Notes: generated from the sequence alone by a model not told the origin. Shown: positions 1-10,169, counted from the stretch's first letter. The stretch is DNA of 28,972 bases from an uncultured archaeon (GCA_964407715.1 CAYOWP010000012.1:1-28972); one strand, 5' to 3'. Translations and numbers: made by a program.

Positions 1-48
1 GTATATTTCATCATTCTCATGAGCGTATTTCTTCTTTAACCACTTCAT
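1..48 (-). CDS. 5' end of a gene running off the left edge (MKWLKKKYAHENDEIY...)
   Basis: ATG at 48-46 on the minus strand, frame open to the edge, AT-rich TATA-like sequence upstream; too short to assign. Confidence 0.35.
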   Translation of the reverse strand, partial: MKWLKKKYAHENDEIY

Positions 49-85
49 AATTATAAAAAATATATAGAAAAATTTTTAAATATAT

Positions 86-812
86 CTTTTTCCAAAGGCT
101 TTTGAGTGTGCTATCCTAATTAAGGGTCAGCTACTTCTCAATCATGTTGTAAGGTTAGCAGCTGTAAAATGCCCGAGGAAAAGGTTATTCCTCTCGTTAA
201 CCATCTTTTATTCTTTTTTATTATTGGTTAACGGAAAAATTTCGCTTTTCAAAAAGCATATCATAGAATGGTAACTTATTTTAGAGGTTAGCTGCTTCCA
301 AACCGCTTTCTAAGGTTAGCTGCTCTAATGAGATTGGTTGATTAGGTATACTTCCCCTTAACCATTTTTATTTTTAAGATAACATGGTTAACGGGAAGAT
401 GTCACTATCACGAGCACATTACAGAATGGTAACCACTTTTAAGGTTAGCTGCTCTGATACGCTGAATGAAAAAGGTATACTTCCCCTTAACCATTTTTAT
501 TCTTTTTGAATTGGTTAACGGAAAAATTTTCGCTAACACAAAGGTTTGAGAGCAGCTAACCTCTCAAAAAGGTTAGCTGCTTCCAACTACTTTCGAAGGT
601 TATCTGCTGTGATGTGTTTTATTAAGAGGACATCTTCCCCTTAACCATTTTTATTAAAATAAATGAAAAAGTTATATACTTTCTATTAACTATTTTCCAA
701 ATAAGAAATGGTTAATGGGAAAGTAACTTTCAAAAGCTTTGCAGTAGCTAACCTATTTTGGAAATTAGCTGTTCTGATGTATCTAATTAATAGGCTTTTT
801 TCCTTAACCAAT
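86..812. repeat. Tandem palindromic array 1 (about 5 degenerate units)
   Basis: Hairpin A arms CTTCCCCTTAACCA...TGGTTAACGGGAAG (e.g. 351-364/385-398; TTAACCA ends at 203, 364, 493, 647, 810) alternate with hairpin B (perfect AGCAGCTAACCT 551-562 / AGGTTAGCTGCT 570-581). Confidence 0.9.
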
Positions 813-894
813 TCTTCATTTTACATTAAAGAATTTTTGTTTCAGATAATTTTTTAAAGTTATTCTATTAAATAAAATTTTTAGTATCTCAGAG

Positions 895-1674
895 GTGAGA
901 TATATGCTCTCAGCTATTATCCCTGCTGCAGGGAAAGGAACAAGATTAAAACCTCTAACAGATTATATCCCAAAGGAGCTTTTGATATTAAAGGATAAGC
1001 CCATAATTGGATATATCTTAGATGCTCTAAGTTATTGTGGAATAAAAGATGTATGTGTAATTGTAGGTCATAAGAAAGGGGAAATTATTGATTATATAAA
1101 GGACGGTAGTGAGTTTAATGTAGATGTTTGCTATGTATATCAAAAAGACCCCCTTGGATTAGGGCATGCTGTAATGTTAGGAAAAAGATATATAAAAAAT
1201 AAGTACTTTATGGTCTTCTTAGGAGATACTGTCATAATACCTTTTGATTCTGTAAAAAATATGATTGAAAAATTCAAGAAAAATTATGAGAACATTGATG
1301 GAATAATTATGGTTGAAAAGGTAAATAATCCAGAAAGATTTGGGGTTGTTAAATTTAATAAAGAATTTGTAATAGAGGATGTGTATGAGAAACCACAAGA
1401 AGAGGAGATAAAGAAGAAATTTGAAATAGGAGGCAATTTCTATGCTATCTCTGGTGTTTATATTTTTCATGAGAACATCTTTGATTACATAAAAAGAACT
1501 CCACCAGGAAAAAACAATGAGATACAACTCACTGATGCTATAAAATCCGCGATAGAGGATGGGAAAAAATTCTTAGCACATATTCAGACAGGTATAAGAT
1601 TAGATATAGGAACTTATGAATCTTATTTAGAAGCACAAAAGAAAATATTGGAGTGGTGTAAAGAATATGAATAA
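895..1674 (+). CDS. Sugar-1-phosphate nucleotidyltransferase (GalU/RmlA-like)
   Basis: PAAGKGTRLKPLT-PKEL N-terminal motif, QKDPLGLGHAV, LGD, EKP, EIQLTDAI; start GTG 895 or ATG 904 after GAGGTG. Confidence 0.9.
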   Translation: MRYMLSAIIPAAGKGTRLKPLTDYIPKELLILKDKPIIGYILDALSYCGIKDVCVIVGHKKGEIIDYIKDGSEFNVDVCYVYQKDPLGLGHAVMLGKRYIKNKYFMVFLGDTVIIPFDSVKNMIEKFKKNYENIDGIIMVEKVNNPERFGVVKFNKEFVIEDVYEKPQEEEIKKKFEIGGNFYAISGVYIFHENIFDYIKRTPPGKNNEIQLTDAIKSAIEDGKKFLAHIQTGIRLDIGTYESYLEAQKKILEWCKEYE

Positions 1675-2368
1675 AACAGCAACAAAAATAAAAAAGGGAG
1701 ATGTTGTTGAGGTTTTATATGAAGGTTATATAGCAAATAATATGGAACTATTTGATACTAACATAAAAGAGGTAGCAGAAAAATATAAGAAAGATAGCGA
1801 AAGAATTTCTTATGAGCCTATAACACTAATAGTTGGGGAAGGGATGGTAATAAAAGGGCTCGATAAAGCATTAGAAGGAAAGGAACTAAATAGAGAATAT
1901 GAAGTTATGATTGCTCCTGAAGATGGATTTGGGAAATATGATCCAAAAAAAATTAGAATATATCCAATAAGCGCATTTACAAAGCAAAGAATAAATCCTC
2001 GCCCAGGTATGATTATTACATTCGAGAACAATATAGAGGCTAAGATTTTAAGTGTTTCTGGAGGAAGAGTAAAAGTAGATTTTAATCATCCTTTGGCAGG
2101 AAAAGAGTTATATTACAGATTCAAAGTTATAAAAAAGATAACTAATCCAAAAGAAAAATTTATTGGTGTGTTTAAGAACTTTGTGAATATAAAGATTTCA
2201 AAAGAGGATGTTGATTTTGATGAAAAAAGCAAAGTACTTAAGATAAGCAAAAAATATGAAGGTCTCAAAAGTTTCATAAAGGAGTTCATAAACAAATTCT
2301 TTAAGAATGAAATAAAGGATGTTGAATTCATAAATATGGAAAAAAGAACATCAAAAAATAAAAAGTAA
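1667..2368 (+). CDS. slyD: FKBP-type peptidyl-prolyl isomerase, SlyD-like long archaeal type
   Basis: KGDVV-V-YEG, FDTN, IKGLDKAL, VDFNHPLAGKEL motifs. Confidence 0.9.
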   Translation: MNKTATKIKKGDVVEVLYEGYIANNMELFDTNIKEVAEKYKKDSERISYEPITLIVGEGMVIKGLDKALEGKELNREYEVMIAPEDGFGKYDPKKIRIYPISAFTKQRINPRPGMIITFENNIEAKILSVSGGRVKVDFNHPLAGKELYYRFKVIKKITNPKEKFIGVFKNFVNIKISKEDVDFDEKSKVLKISKKYEGLKSFIKEFINKFFKNEIKDVEFINMEKRTSKNKK

Positions 2369-2376
2369 AGTTTGCA

Positions 2377-2627
2377 GGGATTGTCCAATAATTCTTTATT
2401 GTTAAGCGGAAACATAACCTCTCAAAGAAGCGCATGAGAGCAGTTAACCCTTTTGAATAGGGTTATGCTTCCCGTTAACAAATTGTCCAATAATTTTTGA
2501 TGGGGATTTGTTAACAAGAAATCTTGCTCTTATAATCGCATTAGCTCTACAAGATTTGCTGCTCTAATGCGCTTCTTTAAAAGGCTGCTTTTCCGCTTAA
2601 CAAATAGAGAATTATTGGACAATGCCC
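2377..2627. mobile_element. MITE-like element, copy 1 (~250 bp)
   Basis: ~35-bp imperfect TIRs (GGGATTGTCCAATAATTCTTTATTGTTAAGCGGAAA / TTTCCGCTTAACAAATAGAGAATTATTGGACAATGCCC) flanked by exact direct repeat AAGTTTGCA at 2368-2376 and 2628-2636; no credible ORF; homologous copy at 17542-17792. Confidence 0.85.
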
Positions 2628-2718
2628 AAGTTTGCAAAAAATGTGTTAATTATTTAAAATTTGTTGATAAATATTAATCTCTTATAAAAATCATTAAATA
2701 AGGAAAAGGTGGTGAAAG

Positions 2719-4917
2719 ATGTCAAAGTTAGAGGATATGATAAATAGGATCAAGATTCTTGCAAGGAATCCAGAGCAAATAAGGAATTTTGGTATTGTGG
2801 CACATATAGATCATGGAAAAACCACTTTATCTGATAACTTATTAGCAGGTGCAGGAATGATTTCACAAGAATTGGCAGGATCACAACTATTTATGGATTT
2901 TGATAAGCAGGAACAAGAGAGAGGTATTACTATATACTCTGCCAATGTCAGCATGGTGCACAATTATGAAGGAAAGGATTATCTCCTAAATATGATAGAC
3001 ACTCCAGGACATGTGGATTTTGGAGGAGATGTTACAAGAGCCATGAGAGCTGTTGATGGAGTTGTTGTAGTTGTGGATGTTGTTGAAGGTGTAATGCCAC
3101 AAACTGAGGTAGTGCTTAAGCAAGCACTTAAGGAAAAGGTTAAACCTGTCCTTTTTATAAATAAAATGGATAGATTAATAAAAGAATTAAAACTTACGCC
3201 AGAGCAAATGCAAGAGAGATTAGTGAAGATAATAACACAAATAAATGATTTAATTGAGCAATATGCCCCAGAGGAGTTTAAGGATAAATGGAAGGTGGAT
3301 GTTCAAAGCGGCAAAGTAGCTTTTGGTTCTGCATATAGAAAGTGGGCACTATCATTGCCATATATGAAAAAGACAGGAATAAACTTTGGGAAGATAATAG
3401 AGTACACAAATAATGGTAGAGAAGATGAATTATCTCATATAGCTAAGGTTCATGAGGTTGTTTTGGATATGGTTGTAAGGCATCTTCCCTCACCAAAAGA
3501 GGCTCAGAAGTATAGAATCCAAAGAATATGGACAGGGGATATAAACTCCCCAGAAGGTAAAGCTATGATAGAGTGTGATTCAAATGGGCCGCTAATAGGT
3601 GTAATTACAAACGTAACATTTGATCAACATGCTGGAAATGTTGTTACTGCAAGAATCTTCTCAGGAACTATAAAAGAAGGTATGGAAATCTTTAATGTCA
3701 ATGCAAATCGTAAGATGAGAGTTCAGCAGGTTGGAGTATTCATGGGGCCTAGAAGAATTGCAATGGAAGAGATTCCAGCAGGAAATATCATAGCAATAAC
3801 CGGCTTAAGTGATGTGTCATCTGGAGATACACTATGTTTACCTGATCATATCGTGGCTCCATTTGAGGAAATAAAACACGTATTTGAACCTGTTGTAACA
3901 AAGGCAATAGAGATAAAAAATGTCAAGGAATTACCTAAGGTAATAGAGCTATTAAAACAAAGGTCAAGAGAGGATCCAACAATGAGAGTAAAAATCTCGG
4001 AAGATACAGGAGAGGTGTTGGTCTCTGGATTGGGGGAGTTGCACATAGAGGCAAAGATAGAGAGATTCTTAAAGGATAAAGGATTTGAAATAATTGTATC
4101 GCCACCAATCGTAATCTATAAGGAAAGTGTAATTAAGGAATCACAAGTATTTGAAGGAAAATCACCAAACAAACATAATAAATTCTATCTTAAGGTTATG
4201 CCATTAGATGAAAAGGTTCAGGAGATATTGAGAAGCGGAGAAGTACCACAAGGCAAAATAAGAGAACAAGATAAGGAATGGGTTGCAAAAAAATTGATAG
4301 ATGCTGGTATGAATAGCGATGAGGCAAAGAGAGTTATATTTATAAGAAATGATAATGTGTTAGTAGATATGACAAGAGGGATAATCCAATTACATGAAGT
4401 AATAGAACTAATAATGGAAGCAACAAGGCAAATTCTGGATGAAGGACCACTAGCAGCAGAGCCTGTTATGGGAGTAAAAGTTATGTTAATGGATGCAAAA
4501 CTTCATGAGGATGCTATACATAGAGGTCCTGCACAGGTTTATCCTGCTGTAAAGTTAGCAATCAAAAATGCTATGTTAGATGCTCAAGCAAAATTATTTG
4601 AACCTAAGCAAATTATAAGGATTGACACTCCAGGGGAATATATGGGAGACGTAATAAGAGAGATACAAAATAGAAGGGGTCAGGTTATAGAGATTAATGA
4701 GGAGGAAGGATCAACAATTATAATCTCAAAAATACCTGTTGCAGAAATGCAAGGATTTGAAGGCGCATTGAAATCAGCAACGGCTGGTAAAGGATTTCAA
4801 TCATTAATTGATATTGTCTATGAGAAATTACCTGAAGAGCTTCAGGAAAAAATCATTATGGAAATAAGAAAAAGGAAAGGAATACCATTAGAAATGCCAA
4901 AGATAGAGATAGATTAG
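2719..4917 (+). CDS. fusA: Archaeal translation elongation factor 2
   Basis: AHIDHGKTT, RGITI, DTPGHVDF, NKMD GTPase motifs; LHEDAIHRG diphthamide loop; SD AGGTGGTG. Confidence 0.98.
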   Translation: MSKLEDMINRIKILARNPEQIRNFGIVAHIDHGKTTLSDNLLAGAGMISQELAGSQLFMDFDKQEQERGITIYSANVSMVHNYEGKDYLLNMIDTPGHVDFGGDVTRAMRAVDGVVVVVDVVEGVMPQTEVVLKQALKEKVKPVLFINKMDRLIKELKLTPEQMQERLVKIITQINDLIEQYAPEEFKDKWKVDVQSGKVAFGSAYRKWALSLPYMKKTGINFGKIIEYTNNGREDELSHIAKVHEVVLDMVVRHLPSPKEAQKYRIQRIWTGDINSPEGKAMIECDSNGPLIGVITNVTFDQHAGNVVTARIFSGTIKEGMEIFNVNANRKMRVQQVGVFMGPRRIAMEEIPAGNIIAITGLSDVSSGDTLCLPDHIVAPFEEIKHVFEPVVTKAIEIKNVKELPKVIELLKQRSREDPTMRVKISEDTGEVLVSGLGELHIEAKIERFLKDKGFEIIVSPPIVIYKESVIKESQVFEGKSPNKHNKFYLKVMPLDEKVQEILRSGEVPQGKIREQDKEWVAKKLIDAGMNSDEAKRVIFIRNDNVLVDMTRGIIQLHEVIELIMEATRQILDEGPLAAEPVMGVKVMLMDAKLHEDAIHRGPAQVYPAVKLAIKNAMLDAQAKLFEPKQIIRIDTPGEYMGDVIREIQNRRGQVIEINEEEGSTIIISKIPVAEMQGFEGALKSATAGKGFQSLIDIVYEKLPEELQEKIIMEIRKRKGIPLEMPKIEID

Positions 4918-4950
4918 TTTTTTAAATTTCTATCTTCTTTATTTATATTT

Positions 4951-5025
4951 ACCACGGGGTATCTGAGAAAAAATGATGAGGTTGCCCGCAACTGATTAAA
5001 AAGATGATGACGTGTTGGTGAGCAT
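4951..5025 (+). ncRNA. Candidate box C/D sRNA or tandem L7Ae kink-loop element
   Basis: CTGA 4963-4966, ATGATGA 4973-4979, 12-nt GC-rich spacer, CTGA 4992-4995, ATGATGA 5004-5010 in a locally GC-rich intergenic patch. Confidence 0.55.
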
Positions 5026-5027
5026 GG

Positions 5028-5219
5028 ATGGGAAGAATAAAGCCAAAATTTGTCAAGATTAATGCAAGGAGATTATTGGAAACATATCCTGATAAGTTCA
5101 ATGATGATTTTGAGCATAATAAAAATGTAATAAAGGAATTAAATATAATAAACTCAAAAAAAATTAGAAATCAACTTGCTGGATATATCACACGATTAAT
5201 GAGAAAAAAGGAATTCTAA
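5028..5219 (+). CDS. rps17e: 30S ribosomal protein S17e
   Basis: MGRIKP...FNDDFEHNK...SKKIRNQLAGYITR signature. Confidence 0.95.
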   Translation: MGRIKPKFVKINARRLLETYPDKFNDDFEHNKNVIKELNIINSKKIRNQLAGYITRLMRKKEF

Positions 5220-5231
5220 AAACTAAAACAC

Positions 5232-6146
5232 TTATAAGATTAACCCGAACACCAGAAATACTAATGATACAAATATAGCTACATGTTTTAAACCTTCTTT
5301 ATAGCTATTCTCTGTAATTATTCCTATAATAATTCCTGTAGCTATTCCTTCTACTAAGCTCAAAAGAAATAGAAGAATCCTCAAATATGTGGTACTATCC
5401 TCAAGCTTATATCCAAATACATATCCTATCTCACATATATGTCTTACTGCCGCGTATTCCTCACAAAAATTTACGGCTCTTACAGAATATTTACCAATCT
5501 CTAATGGCGTCTCGAGTTGTGTAAGAGGTTTCAATGAATAATAAAGTACTACAGTAATAATCAAGAATATAATAAAGACAGCATATATAATCATAACCTG
5601 CTGATTTAAAATTAATTTCTTCTCCTCATGTATCTCTCTAATGTTTAGTAAAGTCTGAGAGAGATCCATCATTGTAATTCCAACATCTCCACCAGAATAA
5701 TATGCATTTATTATAATATCTAACGCGTTCGATACTATTTTTGATTGTGAAAGCTCCTTTTTCATTAACTCCAATACCTTTGGAAAAGGTATGTTTAAAC
5801 TTAAGCGATATTTAGCTCTTTTTATGTATGGATTTAGGGCACCATAATCATTCTTTATTATCACATCAAAGGCTTGTATAAAATTGATTCCGCTGTTTAT
5901 TGCCTCAGAATAATCCCTTAAGAATCTTGAGAAAGTCTCTTCTGCTTTTTTAACTTGCAAAAAATCAAAATATTCCAAAACTGCATATGCCACAAAAGAA
6001 ACAAAAACACCAAAAATTAATAGAGGAGTAGTAATGCCAGAAGCTTCTCCTTTTGTGATAAAAGCAATCACAAAGCTTGCAATTATTACAGAGATTCCAA
6101 TAACCAAAAAAGATATCTCTAAATTTCTTTTTTTATAATAATCCAT
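5232..6146 (-). CDS. Type IV pilus membrane platform protein (T2SS-F, TadB/TadC-like)
   Basis: FLRDYSEAINSG...DYGALNP, SGGDV motifs and several TM helices; ATG 6146 preceded by GAGGTG preferred over 6170. Confidence 0.85.
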   Translation of the reverse strand: MDYYKKRNLEISFLVIGISVIIASFVIAFITKGEASGITTPLLIFGVFVSFVAYAVLEYFDFLQVKKAEETFSRFLRDYSEAINSGINFIQAFDVIIKNDYGALNPYIKRAKYRLSLNIPFPKVLELMKKELSQSKIVSNALDIIINAYYSGGDVGITMMDLSQTLLNIREIHEEKKLILNQQVMIIYAVFIIFLIITVVLYYSLKPLTQLETPLEIGKYSVRAVNFCEEYAAVRHICEIGYVFGYKLEDSTTYLRILLFLLSLVEGIATGIIIGIITENSYKEGLKHVAIFVSLVFLVFGLIL

Positions 6147-6159
6147 GCAACATAACACC

Positions 6160-7050
6160 TCATTCTTCAATATTTAATGTCTTAAAGAGTATTATGAAAA
6201 ACCCACTTACTAAAGGAATAGCAATAAAAATAGTGGTAAGCTGAATAAAAGGGATTATTATGTTCCTGTATAGCAATCCCATTACTAAGGTAAGCACAAC
6301 TAAGAAAGTGGCTCCAACTAGCATGACAGTAGTATATACCTCAACTAATAAACTTAATTGTTGGCTATATTTCACAAGGTATCTTTTATACTCTTGAAAA
6401 TATAGATTTGCCTTTTCTCTGAGATATATTAGTAAATTTCCTCCGACAATTATTGTGTTTCTTATTCCCCATAAAAGATCACGGAATTGCTGTGATGGGG
6501 TTCTATCTGATGCCATCTTAAGAGCATCTGTAATGTCATACCCTGTATTCTCAACCATAAATACTATTCTTTTTGCTTCTTGAGCAATGGCGGAATATCC
6601 ATGCATATTAGAAAGTATCTTAAACATCTGCACAATATTTGCACCACTATTGGCTATTGTGATTAAGTAATATGTTGCAAATGGAAGAGCTGCTGTGATT
6701 TTCCTTTCATTCTCCATTATCTTATTTTTTGGATATATTATAAAAGATATTACTACAATAAAGCTTAGGATTAAACCTCCAAGTATTCCAATAAGCAATC
6801 CTCCAGCTATGCTTTTAAATAGTAAAGAGAAAGCAAGAATCAGAGAAATTGATGTGAAAAAAAAAGTAATGCTCGCAGTCATAATTGTGAGTGCTCCATA
6901 TTCCTCTGGAGTCACAAAAATACCTGCCCTTTTTAAATCAAAGCCTATAAACTCGAAGGTAGTCTTTAGAAAATTTGGACTGATAAATCTTGTAACATAA
7001 GTGTATGCCTTTTGTGATAAGATAACTATACTGTTTAACATATTTTTCAC
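6160..7050 (-). CDS. Type IV pilus membrane platform protein (T2SS-F, TadC-like)
   Basis: LPFATYYLITIANSG, GYDITDAL, TPSQQFRDLLWG...GGNL, LLVEVY; TM helices. Confidence 0.88.
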   Translation of the reverse strand: MKNMLNSIVILSQKAYTYVTRFISPNFLKTTFEFIGFDLKRAGIFVTPEEYGALTIMTASITFFFTSISLILAFSLLFKSIAGGLLIGILGGLILSFIVVISFIIYPKNKIMENERKITAALPFATYYLITIANSGANIVQMFKILSNMHGYSAIAQEAKRIVFMVENTGYDITDALKMASDRTPSQQFRDLLWGIRNTIIVGGNLLIYLREKANLYFQEYKRYLVKYSQQLSLLVEVYTTVMLVGATFLVVLTLVMGLLYRNIIIPFIQLTTIFIAIPLVSGFFIILFKTLNIEE

Positions 7051-7059
7051 CCTCTATAT

Positions 7060-8811
7060 TTATGACAAACTCTCTATGAATTCAAATAGAGATTCAGGAT
7101 CATAATAATATGCTCTGATAATCTCACTTACCTTAACAAAGTTTGTTATATTGCTCTCATACATCCATTGCAGTATTTTAATCCTATTTTTTAACTCAAA
7201 GAGAATCTTATTTTTATCCATTCCAGTTAAATAGGAAATTTTCTTGAGTTTGATAGATGGTTTAACAAAAATGAAATTATCCTTATTAGAGTCCCAAGAT
7301 ATAACTTCACGTGTAATCACTTGCTTATTATTTATATCATATCTCTCTACCTCAAATATATCCGTAACTTTCCTCACAAACTTGTTTTTATATCTAAATC
7401 CTTTAATAAAACATATTATATCAAGTGTCTCTAATAGAGAAGCAGGTAAATTGATTGGCGGAGTAATGAGTCTATCAATAACCTTTTCTATGCTATCTGC
7501 ATGCATTGTTGCTAAACCTGCATGTCCAGTAGCCATTCCTTGGAAGAGAACATAAGTTTCCTTACCTCTAACCTCTCCTACTATGATATAATCAGGTCTC
7601 TGCCTCAAAGCACCTTTCAATAATTCAAACATTGTAACCTCACCAGAACGTTTCTCACCTTTATATGATCCAAAACCAGGTCTCTCAACCTCTGGTATCC
7701 AGTGAGAATGATGCAATCTTAATTCTGGAGTGTCCTCTATAGAGACTATTTTTGCATCAGGTCTTATAAACATAGAAAGTGCATTCAATAGCGATGTTTT
7801 ACCTGCAGCAGTAGGTCCTGAAACCAATAAAGAGAGTTTATTTTCAATGCAAAACCACAGATATGCCAATGTTTTAGCATCTATAGTATCGTATTTCATT
7901 AAGAGGATGGGTGTTAACGGTTCCTTAGAGAATTTTCTTATCGTAAAATTGGAACCTCTTCTTGCTATATCTGTTCCTAATACTCCATGTACTCTTGAAC
8001 CATCTGGTAATGCTCCCTCTAATAATGGCTCTGCAACAGATATATTCTTATTACATTTCTGAGCAAGTTTTATGATGAAATTATCAAGCTCCTCTTTTTT
8101 ATTAAATTTTATATTTGTTTGTACAGACGCAATCTGAGGATTTCTATGAAAAACAAAAACAGGAATCCCAATTCCATCACAGCTAATATCCTCTATATCT
8201 TTATCTCTCAACAATGGCTCTATCTTACCCAATCCTAAAAAATCCCTCTCTATATAGTACCTATATATATCTATTTTTTCAGGACTTACAGGGATTCTAA
8301 ATTGTTTTATAATTTCACTCATGCTTTTATGAAGATACTCCTTCATATCTTCTGCTGTCAGTACACCTAAATCTATATTTATTTTATTCTCTATGATTTT
8401 TTTAATTAAAGCAATATTTTTGATATCCTGAAGAGTGAGGGGGGGTTCTATTACATAATATACAATCTTTCTTAATGCTGGATCATATTTTATATGAGCA
8501 TATGCCATCACTTTATTAGTTTTTTCATCTATTATAAGAGGATATTTAATATCTATCTCGGCCCTTTTCTCTTCTTTTTTTTGAATCACATATCTTCTCC
8601 TTATTCTATTGATTTCATTGAGATCTATTCCCTCCTTTGTTTCTTCCTTCATTTCCTTTGGCATCTCTGTTTTTTCAATTGATGAAGCTACTGTAGCTTC
8701 TTTCTCTATAGTTGGTATTTCTTTTTCTTGTTGAGAAATAACTTGCTGATGTTTCATGTATCTTTTTAACATTGCTTTTATCTCTTTAACTGATCTTCTC
8801 AGGTTAACCAT
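7060..8811 (-). CDS. Type IV pilus / type II secretion ATPase (FlaI/PilB/VirB11-like)
   Basis: Walker A GPTAAGKTS, SIEDTPEL, LRQRPDYIIVGEVRG, TGHAGLATMHA. Confidence 0.95.
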   Translation of the reverse strand: MVNLRRSVKEIKAMLKRYMKHQQVISQQEKEIPTIEKEATVASSIEKTEMPKEMKEETKEGIDLNEINRIRRRYVIQKKEEKRAEIDIKYPLIIDEKTNKVMAYAHIKYDPALRKIVYYVIEPPLTLQDIKNIALIKKIIENKINIDLGVLTAEDMKEYLHKSMSEIIKQFRIPVSPEKIDIYRYYIERDFLGLGKIEPLLRDKDIEDISCDGIGIPVFVFHRNPQIASVQTNIKFNKKEELDNFIIKLAQKCNKNISVAEPLLEGALPDGSRVHGVLGTDIARRGSNFTIRKFSKEPLTPILLMKYDTIDAKTLAYLWFCIENKLSLLVSGPTAAGKTSLLNALSMFIRPDAKIVSIEDTPELRLHHSHWIPEVERPGFGSYKGEKRSGEVTMFELLKGALRQRPDYIIVGEVRGKETYVLFQGMATGHAGLATMHADSIEKVIDRLITPPINLPASLLETLDIICFIKGFRYKNKFVRKVTDIFEVERYDINNKQVITREVISWDSNKDNFIFVKPSIKLKKISYLTGMDKNKILFELKNRIKILQWMYESNITNFVKVSEIIRAYYYDPESLFEFIESLS

Positions 8812-8817
8812 AAATAA

Positions 8818-9267
8818 TCACCTTGATTTTTCTAATATTATTTTTTGATTTGGTGATGGAAAGTATCTTATTAATATTTTTCCATTTGATGAATCAATTA
8901 CCCCTTTAATTTCAACATCGCACTTTATAAAATCTGAAAGGTTTTCAACAAATACTTTATCCTCAGTTTTTATAATCATCTCTTTATCTCTTCTTGATGT
9001 AATATAATATATATCATAATTTATCTTTTTTGGAATCTCTATTATGAGTGCACCTTCATCCACTCTATATTTTCTAAATAGGTGTTCTGAAAGATGTATT
9101 TTATCTCTTATTATTCTTGTTTGAATCTCTGCATTAGTATCATAAATTGGATCAATTGCAATATTATGAAGTACATAAATGCCTGCTATCATCACAATCC
9201 CTATAAATGATAATAATACAAACTCTAAAACATAATTTTGACCTCTAACAAGCCATTTCTTTATCAT
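8818..9267 (-). CDS. Putative pilin-like protein with class III signal peptide
   Basis: MIKKWLVRG|QNYVLEF followed by a hydrophobic helix; in operon with T4P ATPase. Confidence 0.7.
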   Translation of the reverse strand: MIKKWLVRGQNYVLEFVLLSFIGIVMIAGIYVLHNIAIDPIYDTNAEIQTRIIRDKIHLSEHLFRKYRVDEGALIIEIPKKINYDIYYITSRRDKEMIIKTEDKVFVENLSDFIKCDVEIKGVIDSSNGKILIRYFPSPNQKIILEKSR

Positions 9268-10169
9268 TATGATTGATATGCCTCTACTTTAATCTTTATA
9301 ATATTTAAATCTCCTCCAAATGAACTTCCACCAGGTATTACATCCGATGATTCTCTCGAAATTATAATCTTTATATTGGTATTCCCTTCTATCTTCTTAG
9401 GATCTCCAACAAAATCTATATAATATCCTATTTGATTCTTCTCATCTATAATTTCCCTTGAGATTATCCTATACATATTCACAAACATCTTTCTCTCCTC
9501 ATTTCCAATTGCTTTAACAAGCAAAACTAAATTGTGATTTTCTCCTTTTATACCTGCTAATTTCTCCTCTTTTTCCAATTCCAAATAACCTAAATTATAG
9601 GTATCACAGTAAGATGTAATAGCAAGATACTTTATGTTTGGATCCTTAGTTGAGATTATCTCTTCCATATTATAATATGTATCATTACTCACTGCACATG
9701 TGGATGTATCAAATATGAAAGCTTCTTTACTACAATCTAAAGTTGCAAAACATTTTACACTTTTACTCTTATTTAGCTCGGGAACTTCCTTTGTTTCATC
9801 AGATGAAAATACAATAACTTTCTTTTTAAAAGGGGGAATATCATTTATAGGTACATAGGTTGTAGTAGCGTATGCTAAAGATGGAGATCTTATTCTATAT
9901 ATAATCTCATCTTTATCTGGTAAGATTATAAACTCTCCATTAATATTTGTTTCAATTGTTTTGACATCTCCTGTCTCTGCTACCTCTTCTATAGCATCAA
10001 TGAGATCTAATAAAAATGTTTCAGCATCCTGCAATTCCATGGATTTCTTAGTTTTCTCAAGTAATGGCATGCTCCAATAATATGCTGTACCTGCTAAAAT
10101 TAAAGCAACTCCAGTAATTAACACAACACTAACAACTTGCGTCTGGGATATAAAATTCTTTTTTTTCAT
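9267..10169 (-). CDS. Putative minor pilin/adhesin
   Basis: Basic N-terminus MKKKNFIS|QTQVVS then hydrophobic helix; four Cys in central region; first gene of T4P operon. Confidence 0.6.
   Translation of the reverse strand: MKKKNFISQTQVVSVVLITGVALILAGTAYYWSMPLLEKTKKSMELQDAETFLLDLIDAIEEVAETGDVKTIETNINGEFIILPDKDEIIYRIRSPSLAYATTTYVPINDIPPFKKKVIVFSSDETKEVPELNKSKSVKCFATLDCSKEAFIFDTSTCAVSNDTYYNMEEIISTKDPNIKYLAITSYCDTYNLGYLELEKEEKLAGIKGENHNLVLLVKAIGNEERKMFVNMYRIISREIIDEKNQIGYYIDFVGDPKKIEGNTNIKIIISRESSDVIPGGSSFGGDLNIIKIKVEAYQS

Noticed and set aside
86-812. CRISPR array interpretation of the tandem repeats
   Set aside because: Period is about 127-160 bp, motifs occur on both strands and are degenerate, linkers recur between loci instead of being unique spacers, and no cas genes are present.
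2719-4917. Non-canonical EF-2 lacking the diphthamide site, or inteins in EF-2 or MCM
   Set aside because: The HRG motif is intact and both proteins have normal length.
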